A DNA stretch of 64,000 nt from Mobula hypostoma (taxonomy: Eukaryota), in contig NC_086097.1 of NCBI RefSeq assembly GCF_963921235.1, positions 142,168,001 to 142,232,000 on the forward strand, in the 5' to 3' direction. This document shows positions 60,488 to 64,000 of the stretch, one piece after another. Made by a program: the position numbers and the translations under genes. The notes under the pieces are model-generated. The model was not told where the DNA came from, searched no databases, and worked only from the letters and a program-made list of their open reading frames with translations. Each line of letters begins with the position of its first letter. Positions within the stretch are counted from its first letter, which is position 1.

Positions 60488-63014
60488 AGTTATAGCTACA
60501 ACTCAATATACAATAGCACATATTAAAAACAGTTCATTTCAGAATAAGAATGCTATTTTGTCCACTAAAGGAGGCTACCATTTGGTACATTATATTTATG
60601 CTTACTCTTACAATCAAAAAATAATTGCAGTGTTTTCAACCTATGGCCTGATGTTTTTCTTAGTTTCAAATATTTATCTAATATTTTCTTTAAAAAATTC
60701 AATCATCTTTATTTCAACTGGAACACACAACAAAGCATTCCAGGATTCAAAGACCTATGCATAAAGAAAGCTCTTAAACTCTATTTATTACCCTTAGTAA
60801 GAATTTCAAATGCTTTACAAAGAAGATGTAAGCTATAATAACTTTTCACCTCGGAGAATTATTATGCACATGGGGTGGCTAGTTGGCCCTTGAAGTCAAT
60901 GTCAGTCTGTCCATGGGGGACAAAAAGTTAGGAGAACTAAACTCACACTTTATTCAAGTAAAAGCAAACCCCATGTTATGGAGGGGTTGCATTCCTAGAA
61001 AAGTATCCATAACACAATTATTCACATGGTGAAATCCCATTTCCCAATGAATCCTAAGTTATAATTGGAGATGCACCGATAGCAGCTGCTGCTTCATAGT
61101 CATGGGAAGGTGGCGGGGGGGGGCGGTGTGGAAGAGGAACTTAAGAGATTGGCTTATCAGTTTCAAAAGCAAATTTCTTAAATAGCCAGCAGATGCATTT
61201 GGAAACCCAAGTGAATGCAGACGCGGTAGTTTTAGCTTTTGCGTTTTTCTCTAGTGTTAAACCTTTGTAAAGTATCAACTTTTGCATCTAGTGGAATTCC
61301 TCTATGCAGTCATTTAGATTTACAACTTGCATTTAATCTTGTCGGGTTTGTTTCATATATACTGAGGGTAAGTAATATGAAAAAACAGCAATTAAAAAAA
61401 AGCTGGCAGACAGTAAAATGAACGTACTATGCTAAATAAATGCCACTTATCTGTGCATGGATGAGAGTTGGAAAAAAAACAAAATTTGACTCTTTTGCAA
61501 TATGTAACTTTTTCCTCGATTTTTATTAAAATTTTCCCTATATAAATTCAGTAAGAGGGAGTTGTGGTGTTTATTTCAGACAATAGTTTATGAATTCTGC
61601 AAGTGTGATTTTCCATAACCTAATGGCTATAATGGAGAAGTCAATAGTATTTGCGATTTCTGCAGCTTTCAGATTCCAAATGACAATGAAATACAAAGAT
61701 AACTTTTTTCACTAGCATTATTTTAAAATACTTTTCCCTAAAAAAAGACACCTTGCAATTTATCCACTGTTGGGTAAAGCAATTCCACTGCCCATCAGCA
61801 AATAACTTGCTCCAAAGCTTCTCCTAGTGCATTTCTATTCCTAGTTTGAGAAATAGAGAAGGGTTATCAATGACAATCCACAAATTTTCCCTTGTAAAAG
61901 AATCTGACTTAAATAGTGAAGTTTATTTTTCAACACCATTAAAATAAATTATCAAAAGCAAAGTACCCCAGATGCTGGAATTCTGAACTAGTAACAAAAT
62001 ACTGGAATTATTTCAGCAGATCTGGAATTCTCAATAGACAAAATAAAGTTATTTCAAATTGATTTCTTTACAAAGATGTCTGTAACTTATTCTTGCAAGT
62101 AGTAACTCAATTTTTAAAATATCTTCCTTCCCATTCCTCATGTTATATTACACGAAAAGGAGTTTACAAGAGAATAACTGGAGTCTAATAAAAGGTTTGC
62201 ATTAAAGCTTCGGGGACCAAGCCATCTATTTTAAAGAGTTTCAGTGATGGAGATAATTTCATTAATTACAATGAAAACCAAATCAAGTAACTGTCTCATC
62301 CCCCCACTCTTGAAACTGTCACACTGTTCCCTTCACTCACAGTTCTGATACAGAGTCTCAACCCAAAACAGCAACAATTTCTATCCTTGTCCTCCCCCCA
62401 AAGAAACGCTGCTTGACCAGTAGACTGTAAGTTACACCAAATTCTAGCATCTGAAGTCGCTTGTGTCTCCAAATTGATCAGGAATTAATTTTAATCCAGT
62501 TTTTAAAAAATGGATTTTGCAGATATCTGCTTATTTTTCTGTAGACAGAGCTTGCCTTAAGAAAGACACAAAAGAAGAGGGCATTAAGATGCTACCAATT
62601 GCAGTAGGTTTAAATCACATAGGTCAGAATAAAAATGGCAGATTCTTTTTCTTGAGAGGCATTAGAAAATCAGTAGGGCTTCACAACAAATTAGCAGCTT
62701 TTATAAACATTCTTCTGGTGGCATCTACTGAATTCATTGTCACCAGCCAAGTGGAAGTGGAATCACAACCCACTCCTTTATAGGGAGCTATCAGTATCAC
62801 AACTCATTGTCACAGAATAAAAGCATTACTGAACACTCCTAAATTTAAATATGGTTTCTTCCAGGAATTGTCTGTAGGTTTATACAAAAGAAATTTATTT
62901 TAGCACAGTTCACAGTGCCCAAAGTACAGTATTTATAGTATGAACTTCAGTGAAGTAATTAAAACTCTGTAACTTTGCTCCAAAATAATAATTAGTTCAT
63001 TTATTTAAGAATAG

Positions 63015-63860
63015 AAGGGCAGGTGATGAGTTGCTGCTGTGATACAAGGGAGGTGATGGAAACTATTGTGAACTGATCTACAATGTCTGCAGCTCAAGGA
63101 ACTTTGGCTCAGAGCTGATGAGCTGGAGTCAGAGATTCAGATGCCGCTATGCATCAGAGAAGGTAATGTTATTTGAACACGTTGCTCCAACAGGAGCCTT
63201 TGGATTAAGTACTACACAAATAGTCATTAAAGAGGGACAGTAAGTGGAGGCAGGGATAAAAAAAACCACAATCAAGGAGGTAGTGCTGCAAAAACCACAG
63301 CCCTCATCAGTGGTCTGAGAGATACAACATACTTGCAGCTTGTGTGGACGTGAGCAAAGGTTTTGCAGGGAAGATGAGCAAGAGACCATAGTAATATGGT
63401 ACAGAGGGCAGGAATAGGAGTGGGACAGGCCAAAGTCAGGGGTCAGTTCAAAATTTAAGCTCAATTAATTAAATGAAAACTAATGTAGTAGAAATGGTAG
63501 TCAGCAATATTGGAGGATAAGTATTACTCCCGGCAACCAGAAGCATGAATTCAACAAGCTTTTTTGTTTGCCCAATGCCTAATTAAAGGGATCTGCTAAG
63601 TCAAAGAAATGTTGAGTGGGAAGAGAGATCCAGTTATCATTGTCTTTTGAAAATGAAAGGAAAACTGATGAGGTGGTGCTAAAGGAGCACGAGTAACTGT
63701 GGTCCAATTATAAAATCCAGAACTCTCTTATTGATTACTGGTGCTTCGTGCAAATTGGCATTGGGTCAATAAGTTCTGAGACGGGTTTCAATTCATTGGG
63801 CACTTGAACCTATATTGGGGAAAGCGAGCTGTTAAGGTAAATTGAAACCAATATATGCTG
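63015..63860 (+). mobile_element. Decayed CR1-type ORF1 region (Cys motif, coiled coil, SGNH-esterase remnants)
   Basis: CLQLKELWLRADELESE coiled-coil remnant and ERDPVIIV preceding the esterase block. Very degenerate. Confidence 0.5.
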
Positions 63861-64000
63861 CACAATAGAAGACTGGTTACCTGAAATTATCGAATTCAGT
63901 ATAGCGTTCCAAGGGCGACATTATGCCCAGACATAAGGTGCTGTTCCTTCAGCATCTTTGAAATGATGAAGAATGTCAAAGATGGAGGTCTGAGTGGAGC

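Noticed and set aside
60036..60764. 242-aa ORF
   Set aside because: It runs through an inverted PLE tail pair and AT-rich filler with no domain; likely a chance ORF.

Overview
This is eukaryotic, repeat-dominated DNA with no prokaryotic-type genes, rRNA/tRNA genes or CRISPR. The repeat content (CR1, Rex/Babar, L1, L2, Penelope-like elements, V-SINE/HE1-like SINE, Tigger MITEs) points to a vertebrate, most plausibly a cartilaginous fish; this is inference. Main contents: (i) a full-length minus-strand L1 (14410-24662) interrupted right after its YADD motif by a second, divergent plus-strand L1 (16459-20833); (ii) a decayed retrovirus-like provirus (5' LTR, tRNA-Pro PBS, gag, protease; about 25100-27544) and a separate ERV-like solo LTR (35951-36494); (iii) two complete Gmr1-like Gypsy LTR retrotransposons (27780-34329 and 36605-41536) plus a related solo LTR (11409-12311); (iv) many Penelope-like fragments whose 3' repeat carries a minimal hammerhead ribozyme, several as tail-outward fold-backs; (v) two candidate phase-1 exons of an unidentified minus-strand host gene near the left end. 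The most notable system is the Gypsy pair. Both copies keep Gag and protease but share the same, mostly in-frame, deletions of the integrase, RT and RNase H cores, and one has LTRs differing at only 3 of 880 positions. This suggests a recently active, Gag-Pro-retaining non-autonomous lineage. All family assignments come from motif recognition by eye; no database search was run.
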